Source of the DNA: Candidatus Omnitrophota bacterium
Lineage (GTDB): Bacteria; Omnitrophota; Gorgyraeia; Gorgyraeales; Gorgyraeaceae
Assembly: GCA_043821705.1 (NCBI GenBank)
Contig: JBDRCN010000051.1
Coordinates: forward strand, 28,007-92,006
Length of the DNA: 64,000 nucleotides
Direction of reading: 5' to 3'
The translations under genes were made by a program, and so were the position numbers. The notes under the pieces are model-generated. The model was not told the origin of the DNA. It saw only the letters and a program-made list of their open reading frames with translations, and ran no database searches. The stretch's first letter is position 1, and every line of letters starts with the position of its first letter. Shown here one piece after another: positions 48,694 to 59,227 of the stretch.

Positions 48694-51600
48694 ATGTTCC
48701 ACTCAGATTTTGTACATCTACATGTACATACGCAATACAGTTTATTGGACGGCGCCTGCCTGATAAATAAACTGGTTGAGAGCGCTAGGCGAATGAAAAT
48801 GCCTGGTCTGGCTATCACTGACCACGGCAACATGTTTGGCGCAATAGAATTCTATCAAACCTGTATAAAAAACGGCGTAAAACCTATAATAGGCTGCGAG
48901 ATATACATTGCCCCTAATAGTAGATTAGACAAGACCATCTATGCAGGGGGCGAGACATCCAACCATCTTATCCTTCTTGTAAGAGATGAAGCTGGCTATC
49001 AAAATCTGATGAAGCTAGTGTCCATAGGTTATATGGAAGGGTTTTATTACAAACCCAGGATAGACAAGGAAGTCCTGTCTAAATATTCAGAAGGTTTGAT
49101 AGGCCTGTCAAGCTGCTTAAAGGGAGAGATCGCTAGGCTGGCTATGGAAGGCAAGATAGACAAGATAAAAGCCCTTACTTCTACTTACCAAGATATATTA
49201 GGAAAAGATAATTTCTACTTTGAGATCCAAGACAACCTCATCCCAGAACAAAAAAAAGTAAGCAAGATCCTCATAAAAGAGAGTAAAGACCTGGGCGTAA
49301 AGCTTGTAGCGACCAATGACGTGCATTATCTTACAAAAGAAAGCGCTAAGGCGCACGAGGCTCTTTTATGCATCCAGACACAGACCACGCTTCAAGATCC
49401 CAAAAGGATGAAGCTCCAGACAGAAGAATTTTATTTTAAATCACCCGAAGAGATGAAGGCGCTTTTTAAAGAAACCCCCGAAGCAATATCGAACACTATA
49501 GAGATAACTGAAAGATGTAATCTGGAACTGGATTTTTCAAAGACATACCTCCCTCATTATGCTGTCCCGAAAGAGATCAAACATGAAAAATATTTAAAGG
49601 ACCTATGCGAAGAAGGATTAAAGAAGAGATACCCCAATGCACCTAAAGAAGTAAGGGAGAGATTTGAGCACGAGCTCAGTGTCATCAACAAGGCAGGATA
49701 TACTAGTTATTTTTTAATAACATGGGATTTTGTGCATTATGCAAAAGACAATGGTATTGCAGTAGGCCCTGGCAGAGGATCGGCAGCTGGCAGCATAATA
49801 AGTTATTGTCTGGGCATAACAGATATAGACCCATTAAAGTATAATTTACTCTTCGAAAGATTTTTGAACGAAGAGAGGGTTACTATGCCTGATATCGACA
49901 TAGACTTCTGCTATGAGAACAGGGGCAAGGTAATAGAGTATGTCATAAACAAATATGGCCAGGAAAATGTAGCGCAGATCATAACATTTGGGACCATGGC
50001 AGCTAGAGGTGTCATCAGAGATGTGGGAAGAGTGATGAACGTGCCCTATGCAGATGTTGACAAAATAGCAAAATTAGTCCCAATGGACCTTAATATTACC
50101 CTCGATCTTGCGTTAGAACAAGAACCCGAATTAAAGGCGCTATACAAACAAGACCCTATCATAAAAGAATTGATCGACACATCAAAACATCTGGAAGGGC
50201 TCACAAGGCACGCTTCTACACACGCAGCAGGAGTTGTGATAAGCGAAGACCCTCTGGCAAACCATGTGCCGTTATTCAGGACCAGCGATGGTCAGGTCTC
50301 CACTGGATATGCAATGACATCGCTAGAAAAGATTGGCCTTTTGAAAATGGATTTTCTCGGGCTTAGGACTCTTACAGTCATACAGGAAGCGATCAAGATC
50401 ATCAAGAAAATAAAAGGTGTAGACCTCAACGAGACAGGCATTCCTATAGACGATGAAAAGACATATAAACTATTTAGCCGCGCAGAGACTACAGGAGTGT
50501 TCCAGCTGGAATCGTCAGGCATGAGAGATCTTCTAAAAAAATTAAAATCTGAAAGGTTTGAAGACATTGTAGCGCTCCTTGCTCTATATAGGCCTGGGCC
50601 TATTGGAAGTGGCATGTTGGATGATTTCATGAAGAGAAAACACGGCGAAGTAGAGGTGCAATATGACCACCCTCTTCTAGCATCAATACTTAAAGAGACT
50701 TACGGGATCATAGTATATCAGGAACAGGTGATGATGATCGTATCCAGTCTCGCTGGTTTTTCTCTCAGCCAAGCAGATATTTTAAGAAGGGCTATAGGAA
50801 AAAAGACCCCAGAGATAATGGACCAGCAGAGAAAGGCTTTTATAGACGGAGCTGTTAAAAATAAAATAGACAAAAGAATAGCTGAAAAAATATTTAATCT
50901 CATAGAGCATTTCGCAGGATATGGATTTAACAAAAGCCATTCAGCAGCGTACGCTATGATATCTTATAGGACAGCTTATCTTAAAGCGAATTATCCTGTG
51001 GAATTTATGACAGCGTTGCTGACCAGTGAAAAAGATAACACTGATAAGATCGTGCAGTATATAAATGAAGCTGAGAGGATGCATATAAAGATATTGCCTC
51101 CAGATGTAAATGAAAGTTTCGCAAATTTTACTATCACGAGCAATAATGCTATAAGATTCGGGTTGGGCGCGGTCAAGAATGTAGGGCTGGGTGCTATTGA
51201 AAGTATTGTAGCATCAAGACTCGAACAAGGGCTGTTCAAATCCCTTACTGAATTCTGCGAGAGAACAGATTCGAGGACAGTCAATAAAAAGATATTGGAG
51301 AGTTTGATCAAGTGCGGTGCCTATGATACGTTTGGTTTAAAGAGGGCGCAGCTTATGGCCATGCTCGCAGGTGCTATGGAAAAAGCAAATTCTATGCAAA
51401 AAGAAAAGTCCCTAGGCCAGATGACGCTTTTTAGTAATGATGATTACGAAGAAAAAGTGCCGGATATTAAAGAATGGCCAGAGGGACAGCTTTTAAATTT
51501 TGAAAAAGATATGCTTGGCTTTTATATCACAGGACATCCTTTGGCAAGATACAGCAAGATGCTCGGAGAATATTCTAGTGCAAATACTAAACAGTTAAAA

Positions 51601-52122
51601 AATCTAAAAGACGGTGCTAAAGTACGCTTCGGAGGGATAATATATAAGGTAAAACACACGATAACTAAAAGGACTGGCGAAAAGATGGCTATAATGATGA
51701 TGGAAGACCTCGAAGGACTAGTAGAGGCACTTGTATTCCCAGCTGCGTATAAAAAAGTCTCGAAGTTCGTTGTGGTAAACTTTGCAGCTTTTATCGAAGG
51801 CCGGTTGAGTCTAAAAGAAGAGAGGCCAAAGATCATAGTGGAAGAGATCATCCCTATTGACGAAGCAAGAGAACGTTTTACCAAATCTGTAGCTATAAAT
51901 CTAGTGTCATTAGGCATGGAAAATGATATTTTAGAACAATTAAAATCCCTGCTCAAAAGACACAGAGGCAATATACCTGTATATTTAAATGTTTCGACAA
52001 AAAGAAATGGCTCTTACCGTATCCAGATCGACAAGGACCTTTTTGTAACTCCCTCGAGTAAAATGGTTTCAGAGATAGAAGAACTCATCGGACAAGAACA
52101 CATCGCCTTCGAAAAAAACTAA
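48694..52122 (+). CDS. dnaE: DNA polymerase III alpha subunit
   Basis: 1142 aa with an N-terminal PHP domain (HLHVHTQYSLLDGA), a polymerase core and an OB-fold. Confidence 0.95.
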   Translation: MFHSDFVHLHVHTQYSLLDGACLINKLVESARRMKMPGLAITDHGNMFGAIEFYQTCIKNGVKPIIGCEIYIAPNSRLDKTIYAGGETSNHLILLVRDEAGYQNLMKLVSIGYMEGFYYKPRIDKEVLSKYSEGLIGLSSCLKGEIARLAMEGKIDKIKALTSTYQDILGKDNFYFEIQDNLIPEQKKVSKILIKESKDLGVKLVATNDVHYLTKESAKAHEALLCIQTQTTLQDPKRMKLQTEEFYFKSPEEMKALFKETPEAISNTIEITERCNLELDFSKTYLPHYAVPKEIKHEKYLKDLCEEGLKKRYPNAPKEVRERFEHELSVINKAGYTSYFLITWDFVHYAKDNGIAVGPGRGSAAGSIISYCLGITDIDPLKYNLLFERFLNEERVTMPDIDIDFCYENRGKVIEYVINKYGQENVAQIITFGTMAARGVIRDVGRVMNVPYADVDKIAKLVPMDLNITLDLALEQEPELKALYKQDPIIKELIDTSKHLEGLTRHASTHAAGVVISEDPLANHVPLFRTSDGQVSTGYAMTSLEKIGLLKMDFLGLRTLTVIQEAIKIIKKIKGVDLNETGIPIDDEKTYKLFSRAETTGVFQLESSGMRDLLKKLKSERFEDIVALLALYRPGPIGSGMLDDFMKRKHGEVEVQYDHPLLASILKETYGIIVYQEQVMMIVSSLAGFSLSQADILRRAIGKKTPEIMDQQRKAFIDGAVKNKIDKRIAEKIFNLIEHFAGYGFNKSHSAAYAMISYRTAYLKANYPVEFMTALLTSEKDNTDKIVQYINEAERMHIKILPPDVNESFANFTITSNNAIRFGLGAVKNVGLGAIESIVASRLEQGLFKSLTEFCERTDSRTVNKKILESLIKCGAYDTFGLKRAQLMAMLAGAMEKANSMQKEKSLGQMTLFSNDDYEEKVPDIKEWPEGQLLNFEKDMLGFYITGHPLARYSKMLGEYSSANTKQLKNLKDGAKVRFGGIIYKVKHTITKRTGEKMAIMMMEDLEGLVEALVFPAAYKKVSKFVVVNFAAFIEGRLSLKEERPKIIVEEIIPIDEARERFTKSVAINLVSLGMENDILEQLKSLLKRHRGNIPVYLNVSTKRNGSYRIQIDKDLFVTPSSKMVSEIEELIGQEHIAFEKN

Positions 52123-52399
52123 TCATATGAAAATTTCCTACATCTATCTGACAGTCCACCAGGCTGTCAGTAAGACTTAAATCTTCATATATCAAACCTA
52201 GACTGGGATCCTTTGGCGCATCAGGAACATAGCGGCATCCCGCAGTATTTAAGTGTGAAGTGTTCAAGGCTTTTAGAGCGAGATCGAGCCTGATTAAAGG
52301 CGAAAGCTCTATTCGGAGAACGAGCTCTAAACCGTAGAACACGGCGCGGTGTTCCAGCGCCAAAGGTTACAGGCTAGGGTTGGTTAATGTAGCAATGTA

Positions 52400-52415
52400 G
52401 GGACAGGACCCGCTG
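52400..52415 (+). repeat. Third occurrence of the GGGACAGGACCCGCTG motif (the 3' end of the GC-rich repeat family), again ~30 nt upstream of a TTGACA -35 box
   Basis: The sequence is identical to the 3' outer-stem arm of the elements at 43430 and 47368. The 5' partner arm was not found nearby. Confidence 0.5.
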
Positions 52416-52445
52416 ATAATAAAAAATTTTGGCCTACAAAAACTC

Positions 52446-52474
52446 TTGACATTAAAATCCCATCGTGTTACACT
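52446..52474 (+). promoter_or_regulatory. Sigma-70-like promoter for the hup gene (TTGACA-17-TACACT)
   Basis: ttgacattaaaatcccatcgtgttacact. Confidence 0.45.
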
Positions 52475-52518
52475 ACCCCTTGAAATTCAACTAGATAGGA
52501 AAAAACAAGGAGGAGCGT

Positions 52519-52791
52519 ATGACAAAAAAAGATATAGTGATCAAGATCGCCAATGAATCTGCTATAAAACAGATAGATGTCAAAAAGGTAGTACAGATGA
52601 CATTTGATTCTATAGTGGAAGCGCTTGAAAAAGGCGAGACAATAGAACTTCGTAATTTCGGCGTGTTCAAGACAAAATCCAGAAAAGGCCGCATGGGAAG
52701 AAACCCTAGAACTGGCGAGCAAGTGCCTGTTCAACCAAAACGAGTAGCTATATTTAAGCCAGGGCTTATCATGAAAGCCAAGGTTAAATAG
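52519..52791 (+). CDS. hup: Histone-like DNA-binding protein HU
   Basis: 90 aa with the HU/IHF fold sequence (GFGKFEV-like NFGVFKTKSRKGRMGRNPRTGE). Confidence 0.9.
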   Translation: MTKKDIVIKIANESAIKQIDVKKVVQMTFDSIVEALEKGETIELRNFGVFKTKSRKGRMGRNPRTGEQVPVQPKRVAIFKPGLIMKAKVK

Positions 52792-52848
52792 TTTTTAGTT
52801 GCTAGTTTTTAGTTGTTAGATGGTAGCTTGTAATCTGGAGAAAAGTGT

Positions 52849-54138
52849 ATGTTAAAAGCATTAAGAGGAACCAAGGATATCCTTCCGCAGGAAACTAAAC
52901 TGTGGCAATTCATAGAACAATCTGCCAGAGATATATTCTCTATATATAACTATAAGGAGATAAGGACCCCAGTTATAGAAGAGGCATCTCTTTTTATAAG
53001 AAGCATAGGAGATGCTACAGACATTGTACAAAAAGAGATGTATGTCTTTACAGACAGGGGTGAAAGGACCATTGCCTTAAGACCTGAAGCAACTGCGTCT
53101 ATAGTAAGAGCGTATATTGAAAATTCATTAGGCCAAGATCAATTTATTTCCAAATTATTCTATATCGGCCCTATGTTTAGAAGCGAGAGGCCGCAGAAAG
53201 GCCGTCAGAGACAGTTCCATCAGTTAGGAGCTGAGGTCATTGGATCCGATAATCCGTATGTCGATGTAGAGGTCATTACCTTGGCTGTGAAGTTCTTGGA
53301 AAGATTGAACATAAAAGATATAGAACTGAAGATAAATAGTCTCGGATGCAAAAAAGACAAGGCCGACCTTATTGAAAAATACCGCACTGCAGTTAAGCCT
53401 TACCTGGGTTCATTGTGTAGCGAGTGCAATAGCCGTTTTAAGAAAAATGTCCTTAGGGTATTTGACTGCAAAAATCCTGATTGTAAAAAGATAGTAGAGA
53501 AAGTCAAGTCCGTAGAGGTGCTATGTCCTGACTGCAAGGATCATTTTGATGTAGTGAAGGCCAAACTAAAAGAAAACAACATTGCATTTAGTGTGGAAAA
53601 AAAAATAGTCAGAGGTCTGGATTATTACACTAAAACTGTGTTTGAGATCTCACAAAAGGATCTGGGCGCAAAAGATGCCATATGTGCGGGAGGTAGGTAT
53701 AATGATCTAGTGAAGGAGATGGGAGGAAAAGATGTTCCTGCCATAGGTTTTGCTTTTGGCATAGAAAGGCTCATAATGGCCATGAAAGATATTTCAGTAA
53801 AAGCGAAAGATGGCTTAGATTTTTTTATCGTGACTACAGCTGACACTTTATTTGAAGAGGCATTTAAGCTAGTCTCCAACCTAAGAGATTCTGAACTTTC
53901 AAAAGATAACGCCATTTCTTATGAAATAGATTTTGAAAACAGGCCTTTAAAGTCGCAGATGAAAAAAGCCCAGAAACAAAACGCAAGATTTGTCATTCTT
54001 CTAGGAGAAGATGAGATAAAAAGGAACAAGATCATATTCAAGAACATGACTTCTGGAGAACAGGAAGAAGTAGGGTACGACGAAAAAACTATTCTAGATA
54101 AAATACAGGCATTACAAAAAGAAGGATCATTAAAATGA
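52849..54138 (+). CDS. hisS: Histidine--tRNA ligase
   Basis: 429 aa with class II motifs and HisRS-specific sequence. Confidence 0.95.
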   Translation: MLKALRGTKDILPQETKLWQFIEQSARDIFSIYNYKEIRTPVIEEASLFIRSIGDATDIVQKEMYVFTDRGERTIALRPEATASIVRAYIENSLGQDQFISKLFYIGPMFRSERPQKGRQRQFHQLGAEVIGSDNPYVDVEVITLAVKFLERLNIKDIELKINSLGCKKDKADLIEKYRTAVKPYLGSLCSECNSRFKKNVLRVFDCKNPDCKKIVEKVKSVEVLCPDCKDHFDVVKAKLKENNIAFSVEKKIVRGLDYYTKTVFEISQKDLGAKDAICAGGRYNDLVKEMGGKDVPAIGFAFGIERLIMAMKDISVKAKDGLDFFIVTTADTLFEEAFKLVSNLRDSELSKDNAISYEIDFENRPLKSQMKKAQKQNARFVILLGEDEIKRNKIIFKNMTSGEQEEVGYDEKTILDKIQALQKEGSLK

Positions 54139-55505
54139 TGACCAAGCGTACGCATACATGTGGGGAATTGACTTTGAGTGATATTGGAAAAAAAGCTATC
54201 CTTATTGGCTGGGTGCATAAAAGGCGCGATCATGGAAAGCTTATTTTTATTGATATAAGAGATAGATGTGGGATCACGCAGATAGTATTCTTTAAGATGA
54301 AAGAAGCCGAGGTCCTTAGGAGTGAATATGTCATAAGAGCAACAGGTGTTGTGCAAAAGAGGCCTAAGGGAACAGAAAATTTAAAGATCGTGACAGGTGA
54401 GGTAGAATTGGGAGTAGAAAGCTTCGAGATATTGAATGCTTCCAAGACGCCTCCGTTCGAGCTGGATAATATGACAGAGGTCTCTGAAGAGTTAAGGCTT
54501 AAATATAGATATATAGATCTACGAAGGCCTGAGGTCCAGCAGAGGATAATGTTTCGTCACAAGGTATGTAAAGCCATGAGGGACTTCCTTGATAAGGAGA
54601 ATTTTATAGAAGTTGAAACACCTATACTTACAAAGTCCACTCCGGAAGGCGCAAGAGATTTTTTAGTACCTTCGCGTTTAAACTGGGGCAAGTTCTTCGC
54701 TCTCCCGCAATCTCCACAGCTTTTCAAGCAGCTTTTAATGGTAGCTGGTTTTGAAAGGTATTTTCAGATAGCCAAGTGTTTTAGAGATGAGGACCTACGC
54801 TCTGACAGACAGCCTGAATTTACCCAACTGGACATGGAGCTTTCTTTTATAGATGAAGAAGATATCTTTAACATAACAGAGGGGCTTTTTTCATATGTAT
54901 TCAAGGAGACTCTAGGAATAGAACTCAAGACGCCTTTTCCAAGACTGAGCCATAAAGAGGCAATGGAAAAATATAAATCTGACAAACCTGACCTAAGAAA
55001 AGACAAGGAAGGTTTTGAGTTTTTATGGGTGTACCATTTTCCATTATTTAAATTCAATAAGGATGAAAAGAGATGGGATATGGAGCACCATCCTTTTACC
55101 TCTCCTGTAAAAGAAGATATCCCATTGATAGATTCTTCGCCTAAGAAGGTTCGGTCCCTTGCATATGACCTAGTGATAAACGGCGTCGAGATAGCAAGTG
55201 GAAGCATAAGGATACACCAGAGAGAACTTCAGGAGAAGATCTTCGAGAAAATAGGCCTAGACATGGAACACGCAAAAGAACGATTTGGTTTTTTATTAGA
55301 GGCTTTTAGTTATGGTGCACCACCTCATGGAGGCATAGCATTTGGATTAGACAGGCTTTTATCTTTAATGTGTAAAGTAGAAAGCATAAGAGAGGTCATT
55401 GCTTTTCCTAAAACACAGAGAGCATCTTCTCCTATGACAGAAGCGCCGTCTAGCGTAGACCCAAAACAATTAAAAGAATTAGGAATAAAATTAGAAAAAA
55501 AATAA
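54135..55505 (+). CDS. aspS: Aspartate--tRNA ligase, short form (no GAD insertion domain)
   Basis: It has an N-terminal OB anticodon-binding domain and a class II core. The C-terminal GAPPHGGIAFGLDRLLSLMCKVESIREVIAFPKT ends in AFPK, which is Asp-type rather than the Asn-type PFPR. Confidence 0.8.
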   Translation: MMTKRTHTCGELTLSDIGKKAILIGWVHKRRDHGKLIFIDIRDRCGITQIVFFKMKEAEVLRSEYVIRATGVVQKRPKGTENLKIVTGEVELGVESFEILNASKTPPFELDNMTEVSEELRLKYRYIDLRRPEVQQRIMFRHKVCKAMRDFLDKENFIEVETPILTKSTPEGARDFLVPSRLNWGKFFALPQSPQLFKQLLMVAGFERYFQIAKCFRDEDLRSDRQPEFTQLDMELSFIDEEDIFNITEGLFSYVFKETLGIELKTPFPRLSHKEAMEKYKSDKPDLRKDKEGFEFLWVYHFPLFKFNKDEKRWDMEHHPFTSPVKEDIPLIDSSPKKVRSLAYDLVINGVEIASGSIRIHQRELQEKIFEKIGLDMEHAKERFGFLLEAFSYGAPPHGGIAFGLDRLLSLMCKVESIREVIAFPKTQRASSPMTEAPSSVDPKQLKELGIKLEKK

Positions 55506-55515
55506 GGGAGGATAT

Positions 55516-56070
55516 ATGAAAAAATGTTTTTCAGTAACTTTGTTGTGCATGGTATTTTGTATTACGGGATGCGCTGTCAGGACCATCCCTTATGAGGCTG
55601 AAAGAGTAGACCAGGAACTGACTGGGAACCGCGGGGTAGTCGGAGGAGACCCTAGCAGCCTACCTCAGACAGAGAGAAAAAAGACGAAACGCATGTATAA
55701 TATCGAGATAGAACTCCCATCAAGATTCGATAGGAATAAAAGAGGAGAAAAACTAAACAAAGGTTATATCTCAAGTAAAGATGTGCTAGAGGCCAAAGAT
55801 AGGCCTGCCAGTGCAGTGGCTGTAGAGGCTCCTTCTAAAACAACTTCTATTGTAGAAGTCAAAACAGGAACCTCTAAGACAAGTATTGAAAATAAGAAAT
55901 ACATTGTCCAGAATGGTGATACATTGCAAAAGATATCAGACAAGTTTTATGGCACTGTAAAACAATGGAACAAGATATACGAAGCTAATAGAGCTGTCAT
56001 GGATAGCCCTGACAATATTAAACCAGGTATGGAATTAATAATACCAGGCGAGACGCAATGGAAAAAGTAA
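55516..56070 (+). CDS. LysM-domain lipoprotein
   Basis: It has a lipobox LLCMVFCITGC and a C-terminal LysM (YIVQNGDTLQKISDKFYG...IKPGMELIIP). Confidence 0.7.
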   Translation: MKKCFSVTLLCMVFCITGCAVRTIPYEAERVDQELTGNRGVVGGDPSSLPQTERKKTKRMYNIEIELPSRFDRNKRGEKLNKGYISSKDVLEAKDRPASAVAVEAPSKTTSIVEVKTGTSKTSIENKKYIVQNGDTLQKISDKFYGTVKQWNKIYEANRAVMDSPDNIKPGMELIIPGETQWKK

Positions 56071-57011
56071 TACCTGTAAATAATACCGAGGAAGTAAAAG
56101 TTCTATTTGGAAAATGTGACGAGAATCTGAGGCTTGTTGAATCGAGTTTCGATGTAAAGGTGAATTATAGAAATGATAGCATAGTCATAAAAGGAGATAA
56201 GGGCGCTGCTAGTAAATGCTCAAGGCTCTTCGAAGAACTTCTGCAGGTCTTGCGTAGAGGAGGCACTATAAAAAGGGATGAGATATCTTATTCTATCAAG
56301 TCTTTTAAGAACGACCCAACTATGGACATAAAGGATATTTATCTTGATAAGATAGAGGTCTCTTCTAAGAGACAGTTCATCACTCCCAAGACCGAGGGGC
56401 AAAAAAGATATATTGATGCAATAAGACAGTATGACATAGTCTTTGGAAGCGGCCCAGCAGGAACTGGCAAGACCTATCTTGCTATGGCAATGGCTGTGAA
56501 CGCCCTAAAGAAACAATTGGTCTCGAGGATAATACTGACCAGGCCTGCGATAGAGGCAGGCGAGAGCCTTGGTTTTTTACCAGGAGATCTGTACGAAAAG
56601 GTAACGCCTTACCTTAGACCTCTTTACGATGCATTGTACGATATGATGGAGCCAAGCAGGATACAGGATTACATAGAAAGAGGGGTAATAGAGGTCGCAC
56701 CCCTTGCTTACATGCGAGGCAGGACATTAAATGATTCTTTTATAATACTAGACGAGGCGCAGAACTCTACAAAAGACCAGATGAAGATGTTCCTTACGAG
56801 GCTGGGTTTTGATTCAAAGACTGTGATAACAGGAGATGCTACTCAGAGCGATCTGCCTCTAAAAGAGAATTCAGGACTTACCCATGCCTACACTATACTT
56901 AATGGGATAAAGGATATAAAGTTTATTGATTTTAGCGGCAAAGATGTTGTCAGGCACCCATTGGTGATGGCAATAATAGAAGCATACGAAAAAGACAAGG
57001 ACGTGTCATGA
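56058..57011 (+). CDS. phoH: PhoH-family ATPase
   Basis: Walker A GPAGTGKTYLA and the PhoH signature region. Confidence 0.9.
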   Translation: MEKVIPVNNTEEVKVLFGKCDENLRLVESSFDVKVNYRNDSIVIKGDKGAASKCSRLFEELLQVLRRGGTIKRDEISYSIKSFKNDPTMDIKDIYLDKIEVSSKRQFITPKTEGQKRYIDAIRQYDIVFGSGPAGTGKTYLAMAMAVNALKKQLVSRIILTRPAIEAGESLGFLPGDLYEKVTPYLRPLYDALYDMMEPSRIQDYIERGVIEVAPLAYMRGRTLNDSFIILDEAQNSTKDQMKMFLTRLGFDSKTVITGDATQSDLPLKENSGLTHAYTILNGIKDIKFIDFSGKDVVRHPLVMAIIEAYEKDKDVS

Positions 57012-59227
57012 GAAAAAATCTTAACAAGAAAAAGAGGGCTCCTAACCCAAACCTCTTATCGCATATTTTAATAGCTTTTATAACATGCCTGCTTTTAGTG
57101 GGTATAATGCAGTGGGACAAAGGGCTTTTTGAAGCTGGTTTTCGCGAAGGTGATATAGCGCTTAGGGACGTATACGCGCCATATAAATTTAGTGTAAAAG
57201 GGGACATTGATATACTGAAGACCGAGGAGAAAAAAAAAGAGGCCATAAGTGAATTGCTGCCAGTTTTTATATACGACGCGACATTAAAGGTCAAGCCGCT
57301 CGAGAAGATAACCTCTTTTATAAAAGAGATCGAAGCTCTACAAAAGATAGATGAAACCCTCGAAGAACCAAAGAGAGAGGTCAGTAAATCAGAAGAACTG
57401 GAAAGAATAGCAACTATCTATAATTTTCCATTACCTTTAGCCAAGAATATAATGGAAGCAAAGGACGTCAAAGTACTTGTTGATAAGGCTTCTATCGTGA
57501 TGGATGAGGTAATGGGGAAAAATATAATATCTAACAAGGATCTTACTTATCTTGATAGAGAAAAAACAGAAAGTATAGCTATCGTGAACACTGATTCAAA
57601 AGAGAGGAATATTGTGAAAATAAGTAACCTGCTCTTACTGGATCAGATGAAGGAAGAAATAGAAAAAAGCATGTCTCTTATTAAGGAAAAGAAAGACCGC
57701 CAGATCGCTAGAGACCTGATCAGCGCTACACTAATAGCAAACACCAGGTATAGCAAAGAGACTACAGATGCAGAAAAGAAATCCATTGTCAATGAGATAG
57801 AACCTGTTTACAAGACCATAGAGGTCAAGAAGAACGAGCTCATCATAAACAAAGGAGAGCGTATAGGTAAGGAGCATATAGCCAAACTAAAAGGTATACA
57901 GCAGAATGTCTCACAGGCCACGAGGCTTGGCGGAATACTTGCTGTAATTATCCTGGTAGGTCTTTTTATGTTGCTCCTTTCAATGTACATAAATATCTAT
58001 GATCCAGAGATCATCAAAGGCAATAAGGAGATGGTGCTTTTAGCCACAGTCTGCATATTGACCATAATGGCAGCTAAAGTAATAGTAATATCCCCTTGGC
58101 CTAGCAATCTTATCCCAGTAGCTGTCGCATCCATGTTAATAGCAATACTTTTAAATAGCCGCCTTGCATTAATAACCACGTGTTTCTTAAGTATTATCGT
58201 GGGTATCATATCTGGAAGCAGACTTGATATCACAGGGGTTTCTCTTGTGGGAGGCGTAATAGGTATATTTGCAATGAAGGGAGTAAGAAGGCGTTCACAG
58301 GTCTTGCAAGCTGGGCTTTCAGTAGGGTGTGCGAACATGAGTTATTTTATAGCTATGGGGCTTATAAGGGCACTTGATTTTAATACCTATATAGTAGAAA
58401 GCTTATTTGGTCTGGCGAATGGTATTATGTCTGCCATTATAGTGACAGGTGTCTTGCCGTTTTTTGAGAATGCTTTCAAGATATCGACTGATATCAGCCT
58501 GTTGGAATTATCAGACCTAAACCATCCTCTGTTAAAAGAAATGGTCATAAAAGCACCTGGGACGTACCACCATAGTCTAGTGGTGGGGAATCTTGCTGAG
58601 GCAGCATGTGAAGCAATAGGAGCAAATTCTCTATTAGCTCGAGTGGGCTCCTATTTTCATGATATAGGCAAAATAGATAAGTCTTCATACTTCAGCGAAA
58701 ACCAGGGGATGGGTTCTTCAAATCACGATAAACTATCACCTACGATGAGCAGCCTCATCATCACTAAGCACGTCAAGAACGGCGTAGAATTAGCAAGCGA
58801 ATATAAATTAAATAGAAAGATAAAAGATATAATAAACCAGCATCATGGCACAGGGCTTGTGTTTTATTTCTTCAAGAGGGCATTGGAGAAAAAAGGGGAC
58901 GAAGACATAGGAGAAGAATCTTTTAGGTATCCAGGTCCAAAGCCTCAGACAAAAGAAGCTGCATGCGTGCTATTGGCTGACTCAGTAGAGGCAGCGTCTA
59001 GGACATTGGACGAGCCTACGCCTTCCAGAATAAAAGGCTTGGTAAGAAAGATCATAAACAATAAATTCATCGACGGACAGCTGGATGAATGCGATCTTAC
59101 GCTTAGCGATCTGGAAAGAATAGCAGAAGTCTTTACTCATATATTAACTGGGATATTCCATACAAGAGTAGAATATCCTGATGATACAGAGATGAACACT
59201 AACTCAAAAAATAATTCTAAGAAATGA
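57008..59227 (+). CDS. 7TM receptor with intracellular HD-family phosphohydrolase domain (7TMR-HD)
   Basis: An N-terminal extracytoplasmic domain is followed by 7 TM helices and an HD domain (HSLVVGNLAEAA...YFHDIGK). Confidence 0.8.
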   Translation: MRKNLNKKKRAPNPNLLSHILIAFITCLLLVGIMQWDKGLFEAGFREGDIALRDVYAPYKFSVKGDIDILKTEEKKKEAISELLPVFIYDATLKVKPLEKITSFIKEIEALQKIDETLEEPKREVSKSEELERIATIYNFPLPLAKNIMEAKDVKVLVDKASIVMDEVMGKNIISNKDLTYLDREKTESIAIVNTDSKERNIVKISNLLLLDQMKEEIEKSMSLIKEKKDRQIARDLISATLIANTRYSKETTDAEKKSIVNEIEPVYKTIEVKKNELIINKGERIGKEHIAKLKGIQQNVSQATRLGGILAVIILVGLFMLLLSMYINIYDPEIIKGNKEMVLLATVCILTIMAAKVIVISPWPSNLIPVAVASMLIAILLNSRLALITTCFLSIIVGIISGSRLDITGVSLVGGVIGIFAMKGVRRRSQVLQAGLSVGCANMSYFIAMGLIRALDFNTYIVESLFGLANGIMSAIIVTGVLPFFENAFKISTDISLLELSDLNHPLLKEMVIKAPGTYHHSLVVGNLAEAACEAIGANSLLARVGSYFHDIGKIDKSSYFSENQGMGSSNHDKLSPTMSSLIITKHVKNGVELASEYKLNRKIKDIINQHHGTGLVFYFFKRALEKKGDEDIGEESFRYPGPKPQTKEAACVLLADSVEAASRTLDEPTPSRIKGLVRKIINNKFIDGQLDECDLTLSDLERIAEVFTHILTGIFHTRVEYPDDTEMNTNSKNNSKK

